A stretch of 61,669 nt of DNA, counting the filler, from Isurus oxyrinchus (Eukaryota), in assembly GCA_026770705.1 (NCBI GenBank). It is 7 parts of 7 records of this genome, joined end to end, with 100 filler letters (N's around TTAATTAATTAA, not from the genome) between each part and the next. Parts side by side here need not be neighbours in the genome. Positions count along the whole stretch, not along the records: positions 25,217 to 48,397 come from JANJGN010000016.1; 6 more parts are not named here. The stretch is one strand, 5' to 3'. This document shows positions 33,986 to 48,497 of the stretch, one piece after another. How positions within the stretch are numbered: position 1 is the first letter of the stretch; each line of letters begins with the position of its first letter. Below the pieces are notes generated by a model, which was given only the letters and a program-made list of their open reading frames with translations, was not told the DNA's origin and did not search any database. The position numbers and the translations under genes are program-made.

Positions 33986-34285
33986 CCAGATCTGCAGCTT
34001 CAGTGCTGTGTGAGCAGGACACTGCCAGTCATGGTGAAGGTGACTGTGACCCTCAACTCCTAAACAATGAGATCCTTCCAGACAGGAATAGGCCACATAT
34101 CCAACAGCTAGCAGTTCACCATCTGTAACTGGGTCAGAGAGGTGACAGACTCTGTCAACAGGAGACAGAAAATTCATTGTGTTCCCACTGGACAGAGAGA
34201 AGCAAGCAGGGCTCACATGTGGCATTATCAGGACAGTGAAAATCCCCATGGTGCAGAGTGCCAGTGATTACACACAACGTGGCAG
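33986..34285 (+). pseudogene. Harbinger/HARBI1-type DDE transposase remnant running into the first satellite unit
   Basis: PDLQLQ...TLPVMVKVTVTLNS*TMRSFQTGIGHISNS*QFTICNWVREVTDSV / KFIVFPLDREKQAGLTCGIIRTVKIPMVQSASDYT, colinear with HARBI1-family LPVAVKVT.ALNF...GSFQ...ISQ...REVT..L...FI.FP...RIAGFP.VQGAIDCTH. Confidence 0.85.
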
Positions 34286-37200
34286 TACCAGGAGAGTGGG
34301 TATCCCCATAGTGCAGGGTGCCAGTGACTACACACACACATGGTGTTACCAGGATAGTGATCACCGCCATGGTGCAGGGTGTGATACACTCACACGTGGT
34401 GTTACTAGGATAGTGGCACCCCATGGTGAAGGGTGCCAGTGACCAAACACACATGTGGCGTTACTAGGATAGTGGGTATCTCCATTATGTAAGGTGCCAG
34501 TGACCACACACACACGTGGCGTTACCAGGATAGTGATCACCCTCCTGCTGCAGGGTGCCAGTGACTACACACACGTGGCGTTACCAGGAGAGTGGGTATC
34601 CACATGGTGCAGGGTGCCAGTGACTACACAAACACGTGGCATTACCAGGATAGTGAACACCCCCTTGGTGCAGGGTTCCATTCACTAGACACACACGTGG
34701 CATTACCAGGATAGTGATCACACCCATGGTGCAGGGTTCCAGTGACTACGCACACGTGACATTAATGGGATAGTGGATATCCCCATGGTACAGGGTGCCA
34801 GTGATTACAAACACATGTGGTGTTACCAGGATAATGGGTATCTCAATTATGCAAGGTGCCAGTGACCACACAAACACACATGTGGCGTTACCAGGATAGT
34901 GATCACCCCCATGATGCAGGGTCCAGTGACTACACACACATGTGGCGTTACCAGGATAGTGATCACCTTCCTGCTGCAGGGTGCAAGTGACTACACACAT
35001 ATGGTGTTACCAGGACAGTTATCATTCCCATTGTGTAGGGTTCCATTCACTACACACACACGTGGCACATGTGACATTACAAGGATAGTGGGTATCCCAA
35101 TGGTGCAGGGAGCCAGTGACTACACACACACATGCTGTTACCAGGATAGTGGGTATCCCCATGGTGCAAGGTGCTAGTGACCACACACACGTGTGGTGTT
35201 ACCAGGATAGTGATCATTCCCATGGTGCAGGGTGCCAGTCACTACACATACCTGGTGTTACCAGGATAGTGATCACCCCCATGGTGCAGGATGCCAGTGA
35301 CTGCACAGAAAAGTGGTGTTACCAGGATAGTGATCACCCCATGATGCAGGGTGCCAGAGACTACACAGACACGTTGTGTTACCAGAAGAGTGGGCAGCCC
35401 CATGGTGAAGGGTACCATGGACTAAACAAACACGTGGTGTTACAAGTGTAGTAGGCATCACGATGGTGCTGGGTAACAGTGACGACACACTTACGTGGTA
35501 TAACCAGGATAGTGGGTATCCCCATGGTGCAGGGTGCTGGTGATTAAACGCACATGTGGCGATACCAGGATAGTGGCACCCCCATGGTGCAGGGTGCCAG
35601 TGATTAAACCCACACGTTGTGTTACCAGGATAGGATCACCCACATGGTGCAGGGTGCCAGCGTCAACACACACGTGGCGATACCAATATATTGATCTCAC
35701 CCCAGATGCAGGGTGCCAAAGACTACACACCCGTGGTGTTAGCAGGATAGTGCTCACCCCCATGGTACAGGGTGCCAGTGACTACACACACATGTGGCAT
35801 TACCAGGATAGTGATCACACCAATCGTGCAGGGTTCCAGTTACTACACGCACACGTGGTGTTACCAGGATAGTGATCACCCCAATCATGCAGGGTTCCAG
35901 TTACTACACGCACACGTGATGTTACCAGGATAGTGCTCACCCCCATGGTACAGGGTGCCAGTGACTACACACACATGTGGCATTACCAGGATAGTGATCA
36001 CCCCCATGGTATAGGGTGTCAGTGACTACACACAAACGAGGCAATAACAGGTTAGTTATCACACTCATGGTGCGGGGTTCCAGCGACTATGCACATGTGA
36101 CATTAAAAGGATGGTGGGTATCCCCATGGTGCAGGGTGTCAGTGACTACACACACACGTGTTGTTACCAGGATAGTGATCACAGCCATGTTGCATGGCCA
36201 GTGACCCCACACACACATTGTGTTACCAGGATAGTGATGACCCAATGGTGCAGGGCGCCAGTGACTACACGCACGTGATGTTAGCAGGATAGTGATAACC
36301 CCCATGGGGCTGGGTGCCAGTGACAGCTGACATATGTGGCACTAACAAGATAGTGGGTATCGCCATGGTGCAGGGTGCCAGTGACAACACACACACTTGC
36401 TGTTACCAGGTTAGTTATCATACCCATGGTGCAGGGTTCCAGTGACTACGCACATGTGACATTACAAGGATAGTGGGTATCCCCATGGTGCAGGGTGCTA
36501 GTGACCACAAACACACATTGGGTTACCAGGATAGTGATCTCCCCCATGGTGCAGGGTGCCAGTGACTACACACAGATGTGGTGTTACCAGGATAGTGATA
36601 ACCCCCATGGTGCAGGCTGCAAGTGACCACACACACACGTGGCATTACCAGGATAGTGATCAACCACATGGTTCAGAGTTCCATTCACTACACACACACG
36701 TGGCGTTACCAGGATAGTGATCACCCCCATGATGCAGGGTGCCGGTGACTACACACAAGTGGCGTTACCAGGAGAGTTATCATCCCCATGTTGCAGGGTG
36801 CCAGTCACTACACACAAATGTGGCGTTACCAGGATAGTTATCACTGTGTTGCAGGGTTCCAGTGATTACGCACACGTGGCATTAGCAGGATGGTGGGTAT
36901 CCCCATGGTGCAGGGTGCCTGTGGCTACACACACACGTGGTATTACCAGGATAGTGATCACCCCCATGGTGCAGGGTGCCAGTGACCACACACACGTGGT
37001 ATTACCAGGATAGTGATCACCCCATGGTGCAGGGTGCCAGTCACTACACACACGTGGTATTACCAGGATAGTGATCACCCCCATGGTGCAGGGTACCAGT
37101 CACTACACACACGTGGTGTTACCAGGATAGTGATAACCCACGTGGTACAGGGTGCCAGTCACTACACACACATGGTGTTACCAGGATAGTAGGTATCCAC

Positions 37201-40200
37201 ATGGTGCAGTGTGCCAGCGAGAACACAAACATGTGGCATTACCAGGATAGTGATCGCGCAAACGGTGCAGGGATCCATTCATTAGACACACACGTGGCAT
37301 TACCAGGATAGTGATCAACCCCCTGGTGCAGGGTACCAGTGACCATACACACATGTGGCATTACCAGAATAGTGATCAACCCCCTGGTGCAGGGTGCCAG
37401 TGACTACACACATGTGGTGTTACCAGGATAGTGATCACCCTCATGTAACAGGGTTCCAGCACAAAACACACACCTGGTGTTACCAGAATCGTGATCACCC
37501 CCATGGTGCAGGATGCCTGTGACTACACACACACAAGTGGTGTTACCAGGACAGTGATCACCCCCATGGTGCAGGATGCCTGTGACTACACACACACAAG
37601 TGGTGTTACCAGGACAGTGATCACCCCCATGGTGCAGGGTGCCAGTGATATCACACAGAAGTGGTGTTACCAGGATAGTGATCCCCCATGGTGCAGGGTT
37701 CCAATGACTACGCACACGTGGCATTACCAGGATAGTGAATATCCCCATGGTGCAGGGTGCCAGTGATTACGCACACGTGGTATTAACAGGATAGTGGATA
37801 TCCTAATGGAGCAGGGTGCCAGTGACTACACAAACATGTGGCATTACCAGGATAGTGATCACCCCCTTGGTGCAAGGTGCCAGTGACCACACACACACAC
37901 GTGGTGTTACCAGGATAGTGATCACCCCCTTGGTGCAAGGTGCAAGTGACCACACACACACACGTGGTGTTACCAGGACAGTGGTCACCCCCTTGGTACA
38001 AGGTGCCAGTGACCACACACACACACACGTGGTGTTACCAGGATAGTGATCACCCCCTTGGTGCAAGGTGCCAGTGACTACACACACACACGTGGTGTTA
38101 CCAGGATAGTTATCACACCCATGGTGCAGGGTGCCTGTGACTACACACACACATGGCATTACCAGAACAGTGAACACCCTCATAGAACAGTGTTCCAGTG
38201 ACTGCACACACACGTGGTGCTACCAGGATATTGATCACCTCCATGGTGCAGGATTGGCACCCTGCACCATGCCGATAACAATATCTTGGTATCTATTGAT
38301 CTCTTGATCACACACATGGTGCAGTGTGCCAGTAACTGCACAAACAAGCGGCATTGCCAGGATAGTGATCACACCCTTGGTGCAGGGTGCCAGTAACTGC
38401 ACAAACAAGCGGCATTGCCAGGATAGTGATCAACCGCATGGTGCAGGATTCCATTCACTAGACACACACATGGCATTACCAGGATACTGATCACCCCATG
38501 GTGCAGGGTGCCAGCCACAACACACACACACATTGGGTACCAGGATAGTGATCACCCCCATGGTTGAAGGTGCCAGTAACCACTCACACATATGACACTA
38601 CCAAGATATTGTTATTGCCATGGTGCAGGGTGCCAATGAATACACACACACGTGGCATTACCTTGATAGTGGCACCCCCATGGTGCAGGGTGCCTGTGAC
38701 TATACACATGTGGTGTTACCAGGACAGTTATCACGGTGTAGCAGGGTTCCAGTGACTACTCACACATGGCATTATCAGGATAGTGGGTATCCCCATGGTG
38801 CAGCGTGCCAGTGACTACACAAATGTGTTGTTACCAGGATAGTGATAACCCACATGGTGCAGCGTGCCAGTGACTACACAAACACGCGGCATTGCCAGGA
38901 TAGTGATCAACCGCATGGTTCAGGGTTCCATTCACTAGACACACACACATGGCATTACCAGGATACTGATCACCCCATGGTGCAGGGTGCCAGTGACTAC
39001 ACACACGTGGTGTTACCAGGATAGTGATCATCCCCATGGTGCAGGGTGCCAGTGACTACAAACACACAGTGGGTTACCAGGATAGTGATCACCCCCATGT
39101 TGGAGGTTGCCAGTAACCACTCACACATGTGGCACTACCAAGATATTGTTATCAGCATGGTGCAGGGTGCCAGTGACCACACACAAACGTGGTGTTACCA
39201 GGATAGTTATCACAGCCATGGTGCAGGGTGCCAGTGACCACACACACACGTGGTGTTACCAGGATAGTGATCACACCCATGGAGCAGGGTGCCAGAGACT
39301 AGACACACACACGTTGTGTTAACAGGAGAGTGGGCAGTCCCATGGTGAAGGGTGCCATTGATTAAACACACAGGTGGTGTTACAAGGGTAGTCGGTATCA
39401 CCATGGTGCAGGGTACCAGTGATGACATACATACGTGGTGTAACCAGGATAGTGGCTCCCCCATTGTGCAGTGTTCCAGTCACTACAAACTTACGTGGCA
39501 TTACAAGGATAGTGATCACCCCCATGGTGCCGGATTCCAGTCACTATACACACACGTGGCATTACCAGGATAGTGAACAGCCCCCTGGTGCAGGGTGCCG
39601 GCGACTACACACACATGTGGTGTTATCAGGATAGTGGGGATCCACATGGTGCAGTGTGCCAGTGACTACACACACACCTGGTGTTACCGGGACAGTGATC
39701 ACCCCCATGGTGCAGGTTGCCAGTGACTACACACACAAATGGTGTTACCTGGATAGTGGGGATCCACATGGTACAGTGTGCCAGTGACTACACACATGTA
39801 TTGTTACCAGGATAATGATCACCCCCATGGTGCAGTGTGCCAGTGACTACACACACACCTGGTTGTTACCGGGACAGTGATCACCCCCATGGAGCAGGGT
39901 GTCAGTGATATCACACACCTGGTGTTACCAGGATAGTGATTACCCATGGTGCAGGGTGTCAGTGATATCACACAGAATTGGTGTTACCAGGATAGTGATT
40001 ACCCATGGTACAGGGTTCTAATGACAACGCCCAGGTGGCATTACCAGGATACTGATCACGCCCATGGTGCTGGGTGCCAGTAACTACACAAACACGTGGC
40101 ATTACCAGGATAGTGATAACCCCATGGTGCAGGGTGTTAGTGACTACACAAACACGTGGCATTACCAGGATAGTGGGTGTCCACATTATGCAGGGTGGTA

Positions 40201-43200
40201 GTGACTGCACACACACTTGGCGTTACCAGGAGAATGATCATCCCCATGGTGCAGGTTGCCAGTGACAACACACACACGTGCTGTTACCAGGATAGTGATC
40301 ACCCCCATGATGCAGGGTGCCAGTGACAACACACACACGTGCTGTTACCAGGATAGTGATCACCCCCATGGTGCAGGGTGCTAGTGACTACACACACATG
40401 TGGCATTGCCAGGATAGTGATCACCCCCATCGTGCAGGGTTCCAGTCACTACACGCACACGTGGCGTTACGAGGATAGTGCTCACCCTCATGGTGTAGGG
40501 TGTCAGTGACTACACACAAACGAGGCAATAACAGGTTAGTTATCACACCCATGGTGCAGGGGTCCAGTGACTATGCAAGTGTGACATTACGAGATTAGTG
40601 GGTATCCCCCATGGTGCAGGGAGCCAGTGTCCACACACACACACGTGATGTTACCAGGATGGTGGGTATCCCGATGGTGCGGGGTGCTAGTGACCACACA
40701 CACGTGGTGTTACCAGGATAGTGGGTATCCGCATGGTGCAGGCTGACAGTGACTACCCGCAAACGTGGCATTACCAGGATACTGATCACCCCCATGGTGC
40801 AGGGTGCCAATGACAATGCACACGTGGTGTTACCAGGAGAGTGATCATCCCCATGGTGCAGGGTGCCAGTGACTACAAACACACAGTGGGTTACCAGGAT
40901 AGTGATCACCCCCATGTTGGAAGTTACCAGTAACCACTCACACATGTGGCACTACCAAGATATTGTTATCAGCATGGTGCAGGGTGCCAGTGACCACACA
41001 CACACGTGGTGTTACCAGGATAGTGATCACACCCATGGAGAAGGGTGCCAGAGACTAGACACACACACGTTGTGTTAACAGGAGAGTGGGCAGTCCCATG
41101 GTGAAGGGTGCCATTGATTAAACACACAGGTGGTGTTACAAGGGTAGTCGGTATCACCATGGTGCAGGGTACCAGTGACGACATACATACGGGGTGTAAC
41201 CAGGATGGTGGCTCCCCTATTGTGCATTGTTCCAGTCACTACAAACATACGTGGCGTTACAAGGATAGTGATCACCCCCATGGTGCCGGATTCCAGTCAC
41301 TACACACACACGTGGCATTACCAGGATAGTGAACAGCCCCCTGGTGCAGGGTGCCGGCGACTACACACACATGTGGTGTTATCAGGATAGTGGGGATCCA
41401 CATGGTGCAGTGTGCCAGTGACTACACACACACCTGGTGTTACCGGGACAGTGATCACCCCCATGGAGCAGGGTGTCAGTGATATCACACACCTGGTGTT
41501 ACCAGGATAGTGTCTCCCCCATGGAGCAGGGTGTCAGTGATATCACACAGAATTGGTGTTACCAGGATAGTGATTACCCATGGTACAGGGTTCTAATGAC
41601 AACGCCCAGGTGGCATTACCAGGATACTGATCACGCCCATGGTGCTGGGTGCCAGTAACTACACAAACACGTGGCATTACCAGGATAGTGATAACCCCAT
41701 GGTGCAGGGTGCTAGTGACTACACAAACACGTGGCATTACCAGGATAGTGGGTGTCCACATTATGCAGGGTGGTAGTGACTGCACACACACTTGGCGTTA
41801 CCATGAGAATGATCACCCCCATGATGCAGGGTGCTAGTGACAACACACACACGTGCTGTTACCAGGATAGTGATCACCCCCATGATGCAGGGTGCCAGTG
41901 ACAACACACACACGTGCTGTTACCAGGATAGTGATCACCCCCATGGTGCAGGGTGCGAGTGACTACACACACATGTGGTGTTACCAGGATAGTGATCACC
42001 CCCATCGTGCAGGGTTCCAGTCACTACGCACACGTGGCGTTAACAGGATAGTGAATATCCCCATGGTGCAGGGTGCCGGTGACTACACACATGTGTTGTT
42101 ACCAGGATAGTGATAACCCACATGGTGCAGGGTGCCAGTGACTACACAAACACGCGGCATTGCCAGGGTAGTGATCAACCTCATGGTTCAGGGTTCCATT
42201 CACTAGACACACACACGGGATTACCAGGATACTGATCACCCCCATGGTGCAGGGTGCCAGTGACAACACACACACGTGCTGTTACCAGGATAGTGATCAC
42301 CCCCATGGTGCAGGGTGCTAGTGACTACACACACATATGGCGTTACCAGGATAGTGATCACCCCCATGGTGCAGAGTTCCAGTCACTACACGCACACGTG
42401 GCGTTACGAGGATAGTGATCGCCCCCATCTTGCAGGGTGCCAGTGACAACACACACACGTGCTGTTACCAGGATAGTGATCACCCCCATCGTGCAGGGTT
42501 CCAGTCACTACACGCACACGTGGCGTTACGAGGATAGTGCTCACCCTCATGGTGTAGGGTGTCAGTGACTACACACAAACGAGGCAATAACAGGTTAGTT
42601 ATCACACCCATTGTGCAGGGTGCCAGTGACTACAAACACACAGTGGGTTACCAGGATAGTGATCACCCTCATGTTGGAGGTTGCCAGTGACTACAAACAC
42701 ATGTGGCACTACCAAGATATTGTTATCACCATGCTGCAGGGTGCCAGTGACCACACACATATGTGGCGTTACCTTGATAGTGGCACCCCCATGGTGCAGG
42801 CTGCCAGTGACTACACACGTGTGGCATTAGCAGGATAGTGATAACCCCCATGGTGCAGGGTCATAGTGGCAACTCACATATGTGGCACAGACAAGAAAGT
42901 GGGTATCACCATGGTGCAGGGTGCCAGTGACCACACACACATGGTGTTACCAGGATAGTTATCACACCCATGGTGCAGGGAGCCAGCGACTACACACATG
43001 CAGTGTTACCAGGATAGTGGCATCTCCAAGGTGCCAGTGATTAAACACACACGTGGCGTTACCAGGATATTGATCTCACCCCTGGTGCAGGGTGCCAGTG
43101 ACTACACACACGTGGCGTTACAAGGATAGTGATCACCCCCATGGTGCCGGATTCCAGTCACTACACACACACGTGGCATTACCACGATAGTGAACAGCCC

Positions 43201-46200
43201 CCTGGTGCAGGGAGCCAATGACTACACACACGTGGTATTACCAGGATAGCGCTCACCCCCATGGCACAGGGTGCCCGTGACTACACACATTTGTGGCATT
43301 ACCAGGATAGTGATCACACCAATCGTGCAGGGTTCCAATCACTACACACACACACCTGGCGTTACCAGGATAGTGATCACCCCCATGGTATAGGGTGTCA
43401 GTGACCACACACAAACGAGGCAATAGTAGGTTAGTTATCACACCCATGGTGCAGGGTTCCAGTGACTACGCACATGTGACATTACAAGGATAGTGGGTAT
43501 CCCCATGGTGCAGGATCCAGTGACTAAACACACACGTTGTGTTACCAAGGTAGTCAGTATCACCATGGTGCAGGGTACCAGTGATGACATACATATGTGG
43601 TGTAACCAGGATAGTGGCTCCCCCATTGTGCATTGTTCCAGTCACTACAAACATACGTGGCGTTACAAAGATAGTGATCGCCCCCATGGTGCCGGATTCC
43701 AGTCACTACACACACACGTGGCATTACCAGGATAGTAAACAACCCCCTGGTGCAGGGAGCCAATGACTACACACATGTGGTGTTACCAGGATAGTGATCA
43801 CCCTCATGGTGCAGGATGCCTGTGATGACACACACATGTGGTGATACCAGGATTATGGGTATCCCCATGGTGCAGTGTGTCAGTCACTACACACACACGT
43901 GGCGTTACCAGGATAGTGATCACCACCATAGAGAAGGGTGCCAGTGACTACACACACACATGGTGTTACCAGGATAGTGATAACCCCCATGGTGCAGTGT
44001 GCCAGTCACTACACACACGTTGTGTTACCAGGATAGTGATCACCCCCATGGAGCAGTGTGCCAGTCACTACACACACATTGTGTTACCAGGATAGTGATC
44101 ACCCCCATGGTGCAGGGTGCCAGTGACTGCAAAAACACGTGGCATTACCAGGATAGTGATCACCCCTATGGTGCAGGGTGCCAGTGACTACACACACGAG
44201 GTATTACCAGGAGACTGATCATCCCCATGGTGCAGAGTGCCAGTGACTACAAACACCCATTGGGTTACCAGGATAGTGAACACCCCCATGGTGGAGGGTG
44301 CCAGTATCCACTCATATATGTGGCACTACCAAGATATTGTTATCACCATGGTACCAATGACTACACACCTATGTGGCGTTACCAGGATAGTGGCACGCCC
44401 ATGGTGCAGGTTGCCAGTGACTACACACACATGTTGCAATAGCAGGATAGTGATAACCCCCATGGTGCAGGGTCAGAGAGGCAACTCACATATGTGGCAC
44501 TAACAAGATAGTGGGTATCGCCATGGTGCAGGATGCCAGTGACCACACACACACGTAGCAATGCCATGGGAGTGATCACCACCATGGTGAAGGGTGCCAG
44601 AGATTACACACACGTTGTGTTACCAGGAGACTGGGCACCCTCTTGGTGAAGGGTGTCATTGAGTAAATACACACATGGTGTTACATGTGTAGTGGGTATC
44701 ACCATGGTGCAGGTTACCAGCGACGACATACATACATGGTATAACCAGGATAGTGGCTCCCCCATTGTGCATTGTTCCAGTCACTACAAACATACGTGGC
44801 ATTACAAAGATAGTGATCACCCCCATGGTGCCGGATTCCAGTCACTACACACACACGTGGCATTACCAGGAAAGTGAACAGCCCCCTGGTGCAGGGAGCC
44901 AATGACTACACACATGTGGTGTTACCAGGATAGTGATCACCCTCATGGTGCAGGATGCCTGTGATGACACACACATGTGGTGATACCAGGATTGTGGGTA
45001 TCCCCATGGTGCAGTGTGTCAGTCACTACACACACACGTGGCGTTACCAGGATAGTGATCACACCCTTGGTGCAGGGTGCTAGTGACCACACACACACGT
45101 GGCATTACCATGAGAGTGATCACCACCATAGAGAAGGGTGCCAGTGACTACACACACACATGGTGTTACCAGGATAGTGATAACCCCCATGGTGCAGTGT
45201 GCCAGTCACTACACACACGTTGTGTTACCAGGATAGTGATCACCCCCATGGAGCAGTGTGCCAGTCACTACACATACATTGTGTTACCAGGATAGTGATC
45301 ACCCCCATGGTGCAGGGTGCCAGTGACTGCAAAAACACGTGGCATTACCAGGATAGTGATCACCCCTATGGTGCCGGGTGCCAGTGACTACACACACGAG
45401 GTGTTACCAGGAGACTGATCATCCCCATGGTGCAGAGTGCCAGTGACTACAAACACCCATTGGGTTACCAGGATAGTGAACACCCCCATGGTGGAGGGTG
45501 CCAGTATCCACTCATATATGTGGCACTACCAAGATATTGTTATCACCATGGTGCCAATGACTACACACCTATGTGGCGTTACCAGGATAGTGGCACGCCC
45601 ATGGTGCAGGTTGCCAGTGACTACACACACATGTTGCAATAGCAGGATAGTGATAACCCCCATGGTGCAGGGTCAGAGAGGCAACTCACATATGTGGCAC
45701 TAACAAGATAGTGGGTATCGCCATGGTGCAGGATGCCAGTGACCACACACACACGTAGCAATGCCATGGGAGTGATCACCACCATGGTGAAGGGTGCCAG
45801 AGATTACACACACGTTGTGTTACCAGGAGACTGGGCACCCTCTTGGTGAAGGGTGTCATTGAGTAAATACACACATGGTGTTACATGTGTAGTGGGTATC
45901 ACCATGGTGCAGGTTACCAGCGACGACATACATACATGGTATAACCAGGATAGTGGCTCCCCCATTGTGCATTGTTCCAGTCACTACAAACATACGTGGC
46001 ATTACAAAGATAGTGATCACCCCCATGGTGCCGGATTCCAGTCACTACACACACACGTGGCATTACCAGGATAGTGAACAGCCCCCTGGTGCAGGGAGCC
46101 AATGACTACACACATGTGGTGTTACCAGGATAGTGATCACCCTCATGGTGCAGGATGCCTGTGATGACACACACATGTGGTGATACCAGGATTGTGGGTA

Positions 46201-48397
46201 TCCGCATGGTGCAGTGTGTCAGTCACTACACACACACGTGGCGTTACCAGGATAGTGATCACACCCTTGGTGCAGGGTGCTAGTGACCACACACACATGT
46301 GGCATTACCATGAGAGTGATCACCACCATAGAGAAGGGTGCCAGTGACTACACACACACATGGTGTTACCAGGATAGTGATCACCCCCATGGTGCATTGT
46401 GCCAGTCACTACACACATGTTGTGTTACCAGGATAGTGATCACCCCCATGGTGCAGGGTGCCAGTGACTGCAAAAACACGTGGCATTACCAGGATAGTGA
46501 TCACCCCTATGGTGCAGGGTGCCAGTGATTACATACACGAGGTGTTACCAGGAGACTGATCATCCCCATGGTGCAGGGTGCCAGTGACTACAAACACCCA
46601 TTGGGTGAAGGGTGTCATTGAGTAAATACACACATGGTGTTACATGTGTAGTGGGTATCACCATGGTGCAGGTTACCAGTGACGACATACATACATGGTA
46701 TAACCAGGATAGTGGCACCCTCATTGTGCAGTGTTCCAGTCACTACAAACATACGTGGCGTTACAAGGATAGTGATCACCCCCATGGTGCCGGATTCCAG
46801 TCACTATACACACACGTGGCATTACCAGGATAGTGAACAGCCCCCTGGTGCAGGGTGCCTGTGACTACACACAAGTGGTGATACCAGGATAGTGGGTATC
46901 CAAATGGTGCAGTGTGCCAGTGACTATACACATGTGGTGTTACCAGGATAGTTATCACGGTGTAGCAGGGTTCCAGTGGCTTCTCACACGTGGCATTACC
47001 AGGATAGTGATCACCCCCATGGTGCAGCGTGCCAGTGACTACACACACATGTGGCATTACTAGGATTGTGATCAACCCCCTGGTGCAGGGTGCCAGTGAC
47101 TACACACGCGTGTTACAAGGATAGCGATCACCCGCATGGTGCAGGGTGCCAGTGACTACACACAAACGTGGCGATACCGGGATAGTGATCTCCCCCATGG
47201 TGCAGGGTGCCAGAGACTACACACATATGTTGTGTTACCAGGAGAGTGTGTAGCCCCATGGTGAAGGGTGCTGTGGACTAAACAAACAGGTGGTATTACA
47301 AGTGTAGTGGGTATAACCATGATGCAGGGTACCAGTGATGCCACACATACGTGGTGTAACCAGGATAGTGTATATCCCCATGGTGCAGGGTACTAGTGAC
47401 CACACACACATGTGGCTTAACCAGGATAGTGGCACCCCCATGGTGCAGGGTGCCAGCGTCAACACACACATGACGTTACCAGGATATTGATCTCACCTCT
47501 GGTGCAGGGTGCCAGTCACTACACACACACACATGGTGTTACCAGGATAGTGATCACCCTCATGGTGCAGGGTGCCAGTCACTACACACAAACGCGGCAA
47601 TAATAGGTTTGTTATCACACTCATGGTGCAGGGATCCTGTGACTAAGCAGCTGTGATATTACAAGGATGGTGGGTATCCCCATGGTGCAGGGTGCCAGAG
47701 ACTAGACACACACACGTTGTGTTACCAGGAGAGTGGGCAGTCCCATGGTGAAGGGTGCCATTGATTAAACACACAGGTGGTGTTACAAGGGTAGTCAGTA
47801 TTACCATGGTAATACTGGTACCAGGGTACCAGTGACGACATACATACGGGGTGTAACCAGGATGGTGGCTCCCCCATTGTGCATTGTTCCAGTCACTACA
47901 AACATACGTGGCATTACAAGGATAGTGATCACCCCCATGGTGCCGGATTCCAGTCACTACACACACACGTGGCATTACCAGGATAGTGAACAGCCCCCTG
48001 GTCCTGGGAGCCAGTGACTACACACATGTGGAGATACCAGGATAGTGGGTATCCACATGGTGCAGGGTGCCAGTGAAAACACACAGAAGTGATGTTACCA
48101 GGATAGTGATCACCCTCATGTGCAGGGTTCCAGTGACTACACACACGTGGCATTAACAGGATAGTGAATATCCCCATGGTGCAGGATGCAAGTGACTACA
48201 CACACACGTGGTGTTACGAGGATAGTGGGTATCTCCATTATGCAAGGTGCCAGTGACCACACGCACACACGTGGTTTTACCAGGATAGTGATCACACCCT
48301 TGGTGCAGCGTGTCAGTGATATCACACAGAAGTGGTGTTACCAGGATAGTGGCACCCCCATGGTGATGGGTTCCAGTAACTACACACGTGTGGCGTT
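34215..48397. repeat. ~14-kb satellite, ~60-bp unit CCATGGTGCAGGGTGCCAGTGACTACACACACGTGGTGTTACCAGGATAGTGATCACCCC, with higher-order repeats
   Basis: Direct tandem periodicity to the contig end; a 1200-bp higher-order duplication is visible. Confidence 0.97.
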
Positions 48398-48497
48398 NNN
48401 NNNNNNNNNNNNNNNNNNNNNNNNNNNNNNNNNNNNNNNNNTTAATTAATTAANNNNNNNNNNNNNNNNNNNNNNNNNNNNNNNNNNNNNNNNNNNN
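48398..48497. other. Artificial contig linker
   Basis: 44N-TTAATTAATTAA-44N. Confidence 0.98.

Noticed and set aside
34215-48397. CRISPR-like array or repeat-protein gene
   Set aside because: There are no unique spacers, monomers vary by indels in the (CA)n run so frames break constantly, and the context is vertebrate.
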